Of a DNA stretch of 64,000 nucleotides, positions 11,720 to 23,900 are shown piece by piece. The position numbers and the translations under genes were made by a program. Source of the stretch: Chrysomallon squamiferum (Eukaryota > Animalia > Mollusca); assembly GCA_012295275.1 (NCBI GenBank), contig CM022677.1, positions 248,001 through 312,000 of the forward strand, given 5' to 3'. Below the pieces are notes generated by a model that did not search any database, was not told the DNA's origin, and saw only the letters and a program-made list of their open reading frames with translations. Within the stretch, counting starts at the first letter, position 1, and every line of letters starts with the position of its first letter.

Positions 11720-14135
11720 TAGTACGAAATGGGTACGAGATAGTATGACGGTCAAAGTTACAAAGAAAAAAATAAATAAAAATTATTTCGAACTTTGCAG
11801 CAATTACTACTCAATAATAGACATCTAATGTATAAGCGGTATAAGTTATATGATGTATTTCCCAAATTACTTTTAATAATCCATATAGACTTGATTGGAT
11901 GTTTAAAAGTTTGTAAACACTGATCGGCGTTCGACGTTGCCATCTTGGATTTCGATCGGACGTTTCCGTGAGCTCTCGGAAACCGTCTGATCGAGTTCTT
12001 GAACTTCCAATTTCAACTGTTTTACCTCTATTTTCTTAACTATTTTATGATTTGTAAATTAGATTTCCGCTGATAAAGGTAATATATTACCAAACCATGA
12101 TCTCCTGTGCCTTTTCTAAGTACTTTTTCAACTTAATCAAACTTTTCAAACTGGGTTATGTTTATACAAGTGCGTGCATAATAAACTGAAACTATAATTT
12201 ATAATAAGATTACTGTATTAACTTTTCCAGTTGGCAATGTTCGCCAATAGAAACGAAGATTCAGGTTTAGTTTGTACCAACAAATCGGTGAAATTCTGGA
12301 AGTATTTTGACGGTCTGACTTTGCTTTTATTACTTTTTAAGTTTTATTATTAAATAGCTTTCAAAAATTGTCCTAAATATGGTGTATTGTATATGCGCAA
12401 ATATACCAAAAATATCATACAGATAATTTGTAAATAAATTTATTGTTTTTAAAGAGACAAATCGAAAATAAATAAATTAACTTGAATAAAAACATTAAAC
12501 AAAATAAGCATTTTACAATAATTCAATAAATAATAATAACACATTAAATAAACCAAAACTAATGGAAACTGGTTATTTAAAAGACAAAGAAAACATAAGG
12601 CATGTTATTAAGCTGGTGCTGTCTGTTAAAAACATTAAACACAATTAGTTATTTTCATCAAAAAGCAGCAAATCTAATTTACCGTCGCATCGCATATATT
12701 GAGTAATCTATATCAGAAGTTTGTGGTCTACGGGAAATAACTCTAGTTAACACGTTGGAGAACATACAAAAAAGACTGAGTGTCAAGTAAAATTTAAAAA
12801 AAGAACAAAACAACAAAAAGAAACCACATAGAAATATATCTTTTTTTTCAACAAATGAAGAGAGGAAAGATTATTAGTGACATCAGAAGTATATCCACTC
12901 AATTTACTGAATTCACTAAAATAATTTTATTTAAACCTATTTTTAATTTCTATTTAATATAACTGTTTCTTTATAATAACTATAGGCCTAAAATATTTTC
13001 ATTTTCTTTTTCACTTGTTTCAGTATTCGTTCTTAATTATTATTTTATTTATCATTTTAAGTAGTATTATTGTAGTTATTGTTCGTATTTTTATCGTTAA
13101 TCTCGTTATTTCAGATATTATTACTGAAAAAAAGAGAAACAATTATCAATAGATAGATATACAGACACACACACACACATACAAAAGAAAGAATCTGGTT
13201 ATATACATAACAACATAAGTTGATATGTATGTAGTTAAATAATAGATATATAGATACACTTAAGATAGCTAGGGATGGATATAGAGATAGATAGACATTT
13301 TACATTTCATAGCAAATGAACTTGTAAGAAAATGTTTGTATATGCGTTATAATATTAACCTCGCTTTTAACATCTTTTCTTTTATAGGTCATTTTAATCT
13401 CTCTGTCGGTCTGTCTATCCATCTATCTATCAATATGTTTGTCGGACTCTCTATGTCTCTGTCTGTCTGTCTGTATAATCTATGCACCTACCTATCTACC
13501 TCTATAGAGATAAGTGCAGGTGTAGCTGTAATTATAACTTCAGTAATTTTGTTATAAACACTGCAGAAAATATTGATAATAAAGCAGCGATGATATTTTA
13601 TCTCACTGGGAGAGATTCTGTGTATTCTGAAAATACTGAAGGATCTTTATTTATTTATTTATTTATTTATATTCTTAAGTAAGTTAATTAATTTGTGTTT
13701 TACTTTATTTTTAATAATAAGAATCTGTATTAAAGTTTCAAGTATTTATGAAAGATACACTTGTAAATGTCAATAATATGGTGAAGTTAAAACATTTTAA
13801 TCTAGTCTCTCACCTCTAAATTGCAACCCTACTATCTTAACAAATAATAATAATAAGAAGAAGAAGAAGAAGAATGTGGAAGACATTCATTTTTTTCATA
13901 GGCATCTTTAAAAGTTGATTCATTATTCAACTTGTTAGGTACGTTATACAATTAATGAAAAATTAAGCTTCTTATTTATTTATTTATTTATTATGCAAAA
14001 TAAAATTATCTAATATTGTTAAGAAAAAAATAACACTTGTATTTTTCAATAAACTGTGTTTTCAATACATAACATTATAGCTGCGCCTCTGTTTACAACA
14101 TAAGACATGTAACATAAATAGTGATGGCAGTACTG
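11720..14135 (+). repeat. Segmental duplication block, copy 1 (paralogous to about 20330-23260 and about 46998-48850)
   Basis: Colinear shared strings, e.g. gccatcttggatttcgatcgga, aaatctaatttaccgtc, ataaacactgcagaaaa.attgataataaagcagcgat. Confidence 0.92.
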
Positions 14136-14724
14136 AAGTTGCATGTTATTATAAGTAAGTAAACATTTTCTTTCTTCTTGTAGATGTAGGTTTCTTTCTG
14201 CCTACGGATGGGTCACCTCAAAGCCGTCTTCCCGTGTGTAGTGGTCCAACAAGCACGGCATGACAGTTGCATGATTAGAAAAGCAGCTCAAACCACAAAC
14301 TGATAAAAAACAAAACACCCCATGAATATAAAGTTTAAAAAAATTATTAAAACTCTATGTTATTTACGAAACATCATAAACGTGAAGAATGTGAACATGG
14401 TGATCAGTAAATATAATCATGGAAATTTAGATTAATTTATTACAATAATCGGACATCTCGGTTCTTGGTTTTGTTTCTGTTTCATATCTTTGCGGTAGAC
14501 ATATCTAAAATAACATGAATTACTTCGAAAATAAATAAATAATTATTGATGACAATAGTTAAAAAATAAATTATAATAAGATTTAAATCACTGAAGATTT
14601 CGTGCTTACAAATTAGAATTTATACTAAGAGTACACTCGGTGTTATATAATGTTTATTTTTACATCGATCGGAGTTGAAAATAAAAATTAATATTCGGCT
14701 AACTTCGTTTTTACGTTCGGGTCT

Positions 14725-14749
14725 ATGACGTCATCAATGCTTTGTTTAC
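14725..14749 (+). promoter_or_regulatory. Palindromic CRE (ATGACGTCAT) and forkhead site (TGTTTAC) upstream of a putative non-coding first exon
   Basis: TGACGTCA at 14726-14733 and TGTTTAC at 14743-14749. Candidate donor gtgataaag|gttaca at about 14839. Confidence 0.4.
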
Positions 14750-15233
14750 ATAGATACAGTTGGCGACATTGAAGATTAGCGCATTCTACTTTCCTTCTTT
14801 TTTACTTTGTATATTGAATTGCATCTCCAAGTGATAAAGGTTACATTTAATTTTTATATTATTAAAATATTTAAGTCCAAACTGGACATATTGTTTTATT
14901 CACAGTGAGGTTCTGCAATATTATTTTTAGATTAGATAATCAACGATAATTGAAAACTGTGTGTATGAACTACTTTTTAACCTCTAATGCTATGATTCCT
15001 GTTTCTTATATTGTTAAAATATGTTTATTTTTTACATAAAAATAACAACAACAATCAATTACATATAGTGTTTCGAATGTTTTTATTTAAAAAGAATAAA
15101 GGAGTGTAAAACATATCTCATGATCTAACAACTATTATTTTATTAATTCTTCACGTCTAAAAATATTTAGTGAATGGTTTCTATAAAATACTTGAACAGT
15201 TCTGTTATTTTCAGAATCCGTTTCGAAGAGCCC

Positions 15234-15359
15234 ATGGACGTCGACCCCTTCGACGACAGAGACATTCAACCAATGGAATTTGACCCATTCGACGACAGAG
15301 ACATTCAACCAATGGAGGTTGACCCATTCGGGGAACCCATTTATACAACCGGAGTATAA
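15234..15359 (+). CDS. Putative 41-aa acidic micropeptide MDVDPFDDRDIQPMEFDPFDDRDIQPMEVDPFGEPIYTTGV in exon 15215-15360
   Basis: GC-richer exon flanked by ttattttcag and TAAG|gtatca. It has a 39-nt coding repeat whose differences are partly synonymous (ccc/cca, gtc/gtt). A downstream exon starts at 15494 after a polypyrimidine tract and acag. Confidence 0.45.
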   Translation: MDVDPFDDRDIQPMEFDPFDDRDIQPMEVDPFGEPIYTTGV

Positions 15360-16809
15360 GGTATCATAATAAAATATGTTGAAACGTTATTATTTTTCGC
15401 AAATATTCCCTACTTTCATATTAGACACTGCTATATTGCGAATGAAGTAAAGATTATATAATAAATAAACATTTTTCTTTTCTTCTTGTACAGGTGGATT
15501 TCTTTGGTTCTCCCGATCGTTCACGTCCAATGCAAGGACACAGACGTCCATGGGCTCCACCCTCTTCCCCTGTGTAACGGGAACGTGAAAAGCATGACCT
15601 GGAGCTGACTTGAAGCGAAAAGCAGATCAAAACATGAACTGGAAATAACAACTGACGAACACAAAAGTTGAAAAAACGTTTCAAACACGAAACATCATAA
15701 ACATGTAAATCATGCCAGTCATTTATATCTTGATCAGTAGTGGTGACAGCAAATTAAAGAAGGTTTTTCCTCGCAATGTTGCATTTATGAACATATATTT
15801 ACATAACAGTAACAATAATTCAGAAAGGTTTTAGAATACATACATACATACATACATATATACATTCAACCCATGTACGTTATATATTTTTACATTTGTA
15901 AAGATTAATATTTTTCTAAATTAATAAGTGGTGTTGTTTTTCTCTTTCATTTAATCAGGTTGAGCACAGATTTTGTTTTTAAAATCTACGTTATTACATA
16001 AGTATAGTTTATAAATTTTAATTTGTACTATTTATTTAATATTGTGAAGTGTTCAAACTCATTTCAGAAATGATATCAGATTTTATTCATGCTGAGAAGA
16101 CAGAACTCTCGTGTGGTTAGCCGCTCCGTATATCTTAGCGACCACACCCAGGACCGGTCCCAAGGATTTTCCTCTTTATATTCTAAAGATCTCAACTATA
16201 CAAGGTGGCGCCATGACTACATGTGCAGGTACCTCCAGACATTGTTCTGTTATATTAGCAGTTAAATAATCTGTTATATTAGCACTTCACATAGTCGGTA
16301 TTGGTATTAATGCTAAATACAAGAGTCTTTTCAATACTCAATTATTATTTATTTTTAGTCATTATATATATATATATATATATTATTATTATTATTATTA
16401 TTATTATTAAGACAGTTATTTACATTTCAGCTGAGAAACACATTTTTAGTTACCCTTGGATTACTATGATTCTTCAGAAACTAAAAAAATTAAAACATTT
16501 CAAAAGATATTTTTAAAATTATTTCGAATTATATATCAGAGGAACTTAGTCGAATTTTAATATGTAAGTTAAAAGAAATAATTAAGACAGAGGAAATCAT
16601 TTTTTATAAATCTATAAACATAACTGACATTTATTATTTCATATAAAAAATATTATGGGACCTCTTGGATCAAACACTAATACCTTGGTTTTATATTGGT
16701 TTAAATATCAATAATTATTTATAAGTCAAATATTCTGAGGTGTAGGGATGCCTAAAATAACTAGAAATCTTCCAGAACTTTTTAAAATTATTATTACGAC
16801 TACAATAAC

Positions 16810-17869
16810 AGGTAAGGAATAAATTATAATAACATTTAAATAATTAAAGACTTTCTACTTACAAATTAAAATGTATCCTAAGCGGATAATTCTATTTTAT
16901 ATCCTTAAAATAATGTTTCTTTGGTTTTTTTCGCTTTATATACTAAAGTTCATCTACAAATAATGAGGTTCACATTGATGTGAGTTTAATTTTTATATTA
17001 TTAACATATTTTAGTTTAAATTGGACGTGGTGTTTTGTTCAAATTAGATTATGCTATATTAATGTTAGATCAGATATTTAATTGAAAACTGTGTTTATTT
17101 TGGTTACTTACGTTGGTAACATACTCTTGTCAGAACAATTTTTTTCTACAGAATCATAAATAAAATAAAATTTATATAATAAAAAAATAAAATTAAAATA
17201 ATAAAAGAAATTAAAAAATGGCGGTAACATAAATCTTATTCTCAGACAACAACTTTTCATCAGTTCTTCAAGTCTAAGATTATTTAGATAATGGTTTATA
17301 AAAGTATTTTAACATATTTTTTTCTGAATCCGCGTGGAAGAGCCCATGGACGTGGACCCCTTCGACGACAGAAACATTCAACCGATGGATACATCCTGAG
17401 TATAAGGTATCAAAATAAAATATGTTGAAACATTATTATTTTTCGCAGATATTCCCTACTTTCATATTAGAAACAACTATACTGCGAATGAAGTAAAGAT
17501 AACATTACATAATAAATAAACATTTTTCTTTTCTTCTTGTACAGGTGGATTTCTTTGTTCTCCCGATCGTTCACGTCCAATGCAAGGACACAGACGTCCA
17601 TGGGCTCCACCCTCTTCCCGTGTGTAGCGGGCCACGTGAAAAGCATGACCTGGAGCTGAGTTGAAGCGAAAAGCAGATCAAAGCATGAACTGGCAAAAAG
17701 AACTGATGAACACAAAAGTTGAAAAAACGTTTCAAACACGAAGCATCATAGACATGTAAATCATGCCAGTCATTTATATCTTGATCAGTGGTGGTGACAG
17801 CAAATTAATGAAATTGTTGCATTTATGAACATTATATTAACAGTAACAATAATTCAGAAATGTTTTAGA

Positions 17870-17912
<43 letters not shown>

Positions 17913-18175
17913 TGTAGGATATATATTTAAAAAAAAATAAAGATTAATATTTTACTAAATTAAAAGGTGGTGTTGTTTTCTCTTTCATGCAATAAGGTTG
18001 AGCAGAGATTTTGTTTTTAAAATCTACATTATTACATAATTAAGTATAGTTTATGAATTTTAATTTTTATTATTTATTTATTATTTTGAAGTGATCAAAC
18101 TCATTTCAGAAATGATATCAGATTTCATTCATACTGAGAAGACAGAAATCTCTTATGGTTAGCCGCTCCGTATAT
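16810..18175 (+). repeat. Tandem paralog of about 14570-16130 (small-gene unit), probably degenerate
   Basis: Colinear similarity. Exon-2 acceptor is CTG instead of CAG at about 17324-17326. ORF 17346-17399 is shortened to MDVDPFDDRNIQPMDTS. Confidence 0.88.
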
Positions 18176-20000
18176 TTTAACAATCTATATATAGGGTATT
18201 GCTTCTTTTTTCTAATTTTGAATACTTTGAAAGCTCTTTCTATATACAGATAGACTGACAGGCCAACAGAGTATAGACAGAAGTGTATGTATTTAAGAAT
18301 AAGTTATGACATATAAATATTTCCCTCTGACTTTCTTACTCTGTCTGTTACTCTCCAGATTACTCTAATTAGATGGATTATTTTATTTTACCAGATGTTT
18401 AAGTATAATTATGTATTATAGGTTCTGTGTTTAATGTGCTATTTAACAGAAAATATTATAAACACTTTTATCTTATCATATTTACCTTCTAATCAATAGA
18501 TGAAGACTATGCTTTCAGTGTAGATAAACACAGACTAGATTTCCAGATTAATGCCAGAAATCACTAATCTCTCATGAACAATTTATTGGTACTTCCAGTA
18601 GTGTCTGCCTCCTAACTCCATATATTGATCATCACACAGTTTATAGATTAAGTCAACTTCCATCAGTATATCACTCAATCCACGGACCTACAGTGAGGAG
18701 CTTATTTGTTAAGAATGTGATAATGTCTGAAAAGTAATTGCTTATATAATTGAAAACCTTTCAGTCCATTATTCCCGCTTTTTATCCTTTTGTTATTTTC
18801 CCAATTCTTCTTTGCACCAAAACTTTCATCCATCCCTCCATCTAACACTCCATCTATTCTTACTTACCTGCATTTTTCTATCTATCTATTGGTCTATCTA
18901 TATATTTGTTTTATTTCATCATCCATTTCTATTTGTCTATCTCTCTGTCTCTTTATTGGTCAACCTGTGGTGTAGCTTAATCTCGCACCTGCTCACCTCT
19001 TTCTAACATAGAAACAGACTTTAATGAAGAAATCATATGATTTTTTTACTCATATACATGTGCCCATTACCTGTCTAGCTAACCATTTATTCATCACTAT
19101 CCTCTGTCTGTCTGTCTATATCTATATTTATTTTTTATAATTATCTCTCATTCTCTGAAAAATCAATCACACATAGCATACTTCTCTGTTTCATACCTGT
19201 TCTCTCTCTGTAACACACAAACACATACAACCACACCTACATATCAGTCTCTCTCAGTCTAGCTATCTAACTGCAATCTAACATACTCTAAATAAATTCA
19301 GTACCAATTCGATTATGAACCTATGTATCTATGTATCTATTTGTTGTTTGTATAATTTATATCGTGTATGTGTTTGTGTGTGTGTCCATCCATCCATCTA
19401 TATCTACCCTCTCTAACACACATATATATGTACACATAAATCTATTCACTTGTGTATTTATTTATATTTAATCTCTCTATCAATCATCTGACCTCTCAAA
19501 AATCCACAAAAAAGCACACTATCTTTGACACACATTTATATACCCATTCTCTCTAACACACATATAAACGCACATGCAGTTTATCTATGTTAGCTGTATA
19601 TATATATCTATATATATATGTACCAAATCATTGTCTACCTAACATATCAATCTATCTCTGAAGCGATGTCTAACTATATATCAATCTATCTTACCTTGTC
19701 AGTTATACATAGTCACAGTTTATCTTGCACTCACACAAAAACGCACGCACACATACACGTACGTATACACTCTATTTACATCCTTTTTAAGTATTTAAAT
19801 GCACTCTTTCTATCTAGTTATCTATCTATAAATATTTTTATTTATCTATCTATTTATGCCATATACATAAGCAACAGAGTCCGTCGTTCTTACAGATATG
19901 CAATATACTCATGCCTCCTTGCATCTATCTAACTTTCTAGTAATCAATCTACCTTTCTTCTGTCTATCAACTTACCTGTCTGTTATCATCTACCATCTAT

Positions 20001-20036
<36 letters not shown>

Positions 20037-21067
20037 ATTTACTGATCATTTTATATACATATACATACTAACCATCTTCTAAACGTACAAATACATTATC
20101 ATTCCTACGTGTGTGTGTGTATGTATATATGTATGTATGTGTGTATATCTATATGGATAGATCCATCCCCCCAACCAGCGTTAGTGAAAATTTTTTATTT
20201 CATTTTAATTTATTTTATTTCAATTATTTAATTTTATTTGTATTTATTTACTTATTCTTTTAATTTTTTTAATTTTAATTTTATTTGTTTTTGGCTGACG
20301 ATTTCGTAATAAAAAGAGGTGAAAAAAAAATTGTACGAAATGGTATATTACGTCAACGTCAGAAAAAAAAAGGAATAATAAAAGAAATATTACCACGTTT
20401 TCAGCACTTACTACAGAATATTAGCCATCTATGTATTGGTTATATGACATACTTCTCTAAATTTCTTTTAATGATCCATGTTGAATTATTGCATTAAAAA
20501 AGTCTACATGTTTGAAAGTGTGTAAATACTGATTGGCGTTCGTTGCTGCCATCTTGGATTTCGATCGGAAGTTTCTGTTAGGTCACGGACGTTTTTAAAC
20601 TTCCAAATACAATTATTTTACGACTACTTTCTGAACTTTTCATGATTTACACTGATAAAGATGGTTGTTCATATTACAAAACCGTGATCTCTTGCGCCTT
20701 TCCTAACAACTTTTTAAATAAAATAAATGAAATAAATAAATAAAATAAATAAATAAAATTAAATGAAAAGCATTAAATGAAATAGTAATTTTACAATAAT
20801 TCATCAAATAATAATATGTTAAATAAACCAAAAATACAGGAAACTGGTTAATTAAAAGAAAAAGAAAATGCAGGGAATGTTACTAAGCTGGTTCTGTCTG
20901 CTACAAAACATTATGCAGAATTGGTTATTTTCATCTAAAAGCAACAAATCTAATTTACCGTCACCTCGCACATGCGAGGAGTAATTTATTTCAGAAGTTC
21001 GTGGTCTAAGAGAAGCAACTCTATTTAATACGCACGTTGGTAAATATACAAACAAGACTGAGTGTTG

Positions 21068-21098
<31 letters not shown>

Positions 21099-21174
21099 AA
21101 ATAAGTCAAATCGCCTGAATATAGGTTGTTCACTGAATTTACTAAATTAACTAAAATGATTTTATTTAAAACTA

Positions 21175-21719
21175 GTAGTTGGGGTAATTCTGGCCTCCGA
21201 GGTATATTATGACTTGCAGCCGCTATACTGTATTTTGAGGTTTCAAAAGTGAATGTTATTTTTTCGTCCTATAGACATAAGGTTAGTGATAAATTGTAAC
21301 AGGTAAACATATAATCGGTTTTTAAGTTCAGCAGAAGAAACTTGATTAATATGTGATATTTAGGCAAGAAATGTGCTTCTTATTTTACTCCACCACTTGG
21401 GGCAATAAAATCAAAAGGATGAGGTATGCCGAGGCACTGACAGAAGAAGAAAGTGTCAAGAGGTATGAAGAAGAGTTGGCAGAGAAGAAGAAGAAGGAGG
21501 AAGAAAAGGCTAAGAAAGCAAATGTTTTAGAGGCAAAATTACATCAAAAACAAATAGAAGATACCAAAGTCAAAACGGCAGTTCAATTTAAATGTGATAT
21601 TTGTCAAAGAGTTTATTGAAGTTTTGAATTTGACTTGTATTATGATTAGGACTAATTATTATTAGTAAACAATGATTATATAGCAATAATCTGTACAACA
21701 AATTTGAGGACCAAACTAC
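21175..21719 (+). mobile_element. pogo-like (Tc1/mariner) internally deleted element, present in this duplication copy only
   Basis: Begins after TA with a TIR-like GTAGTTGGGGTAATTCTGG. ORF 21353-21619 (AEALTEEE...EKKKKEEEK...CDICQRVY) resembles the charged-helix plus start-of-PHD C-terminus of pogo-type transposases. Absent from paralogs at about 12938 and about 47694. Confidence 0.6.
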
Positions 21720-23197
21720 TCATTTTAAGTAGTATTATTGCCATTATTGTTGTTATTTTCATCGTTAATGTCGTTATGTCAGTATTACAGTCGTCATTAT
21801 AAAGAAAGAAACAATTATCAACAAATAAACAGATAGAGAGATAGACACACACACACACATACAGAGTCACACACACATAGAAAAGCAATAGTTTGGTTTA
21901 CGTGTTTCCCTTAGAGGATAGTTATATACGTAAGTTCATATCAGTGAGACGGTGTTTATGTATATAGTTAAATAATAGACAGATATATACATTGATGGAC
22001 ATAGAGACAGATAGACATTTTACATTTCATAGGCAAATGAACTTGTATAATATCACATTAACCTCGCTTTTCACAACTTTTCTTTTATTGGTCATTTTAA
22101 TTATTCAGTTCAGTTTTGGGTTTTTCTATCTGTCTGTGTGTCTGTATGTCTGTCTATGGATTTATCTCTATATATGTATGTCTGTCTCACTCTCCATCTA
22201 TCTGTCTGTCTATCTGTCTATCCACCTACCTGTCTGCCTCTCAGATTACAGTTATAAGTGCGGGTGTCGCTGTAATTAAAACTTCAGTAAAAGAAATGAT
22301 AAACACTGCAGAAAACATTGATAATAAAGCAGCGATCATATTTTATCTCATTGGGAGAGGTTCTGTGTATGCCTAAAATACTGAAGGATCTTAGATATTA
22401 ATATTAATATTAATAAATTTATTTATATATTTATTTGTCCCTGTAAACGGCAACTGAAATGTCCTTTGTATTGCAGTAATGAACAAAAAGGTGTTCTTGT
22501 TATTATGATGAACGCTGTTTACCACATATAATGGAACTGAACACCAATATGTATAGTTTATTTGCTTCAACCAGACCTGTTTATACTAATACATTTAAAT
22601 TCAGCGAAAGAACCGAAATATTTTACATTTATATATAGCTCTTTAGATTATATCTAGTTGAATATTAATTGTCTAATTATCAATTTAATTTTTAGGGGAG
22701 ATAAAAGAATATCACTTTCTACAGTTAATTAAGAATTAATCTGTAACAGCGCAGTATATTTACAGAACTTGTGTTATAATAAACAAGATTGATCTCGCGC
22801 AACCTCGCCTTTTCACTTTACTTTTGATAATAAAAACGTCTATTAATGTTTCTCTGTATTCTAGACTTTTCTAGTATTTAAGAAAGATGCACTTGCAAAT
22901 ATCAATAACGTGGTGAAGTTAATTCATCTTAATCTAGCCTCTCACCTCTCAACTGCAATTCTACTATCTTAATAAAAAAAAAAAAGAAAAAAAAAAAAAA
23001 TAAAAAAAAAAAAAGAGAATAATTCGCATTATTAAACGTTGATTCATTATTCAACTTGATAGATACGTTATACCTGTTAATGAAAAATTAAGCTTATTAT
23101 TACTTATTTATTTATTTATTATGCAAAATAAAATTACCTAATATTGTTAATTAAAAAACAATACCTCTATTTTTCAATACACTGTGTTTTCAATACA

Positions 23198-23381
23198 TAA
23201 TATTACCGCTACGCCTCTGTTTACAACATAAAACATGTAACATAAATAGTGATGGCGGTTCTTATTTTCATAACGTCGTGTAAAATTACTCCTACTTAGC
23301 TGTTCTGTGAAACAAGTTCTGTTAATAAAATATCACATTAGTATGGAAGCTTTCTCGATATTCACATATAATTCTACTGTT

Positions 23382-23450
<69 letters not shown>

Positions 23451-23900
23451 AATAAATAAATAATTATGGCTTACATTTATTATAAGTTATTATGTAGGTA
23501 TGAAAATATAAAATTCACATTTTTGTACAGTTAAAACTAAATCTTTGAAACTGTGAAATGAAAAAAAATGCTGCAGGGAAATAAAGAGTTATGTACCCTT
23601 TTTTGAACAGTAGCTGACGAGTTAATGCTTGGTTTATATTCTACTGGAATAATTTAGAAACTGAGAAATATAGCGAGTTAGATTTCCAGATTCATGTTTT
23701 TAATACATACTATTACCGCTACGCCTCTGCTAACAAACATAAAACATGTAACATAAATAGTGATGGCGGTTCTTATTTTCATAACGTCGTGTAAAAGTAC
23801 ACTACTTAGCTTTTCAGTGAAACATGTTGTGTTAATAAAATGTCACATTAGTATGGAAGCGTTCTCGACATGTTGGATTTCACATAAATTTCTACTGTTT
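23198..23900 (+). repeat. Local duplication of a roughly 170-bp unit (tattaccgctacgcctctg...) at about 23200 and 23712; also at about 14075, 48815 and 49757
   Basis: Direct string identity. Confidence 0.85.

Noticed and set aside
15234-15359. DPF-repeat ORF as a neuropeptide precursor (cf. xDPFLRFamide)
   Set aside because: No signal peptide, no dibasic cleavage sites and no Gly-Lys/Arg amidation signals.
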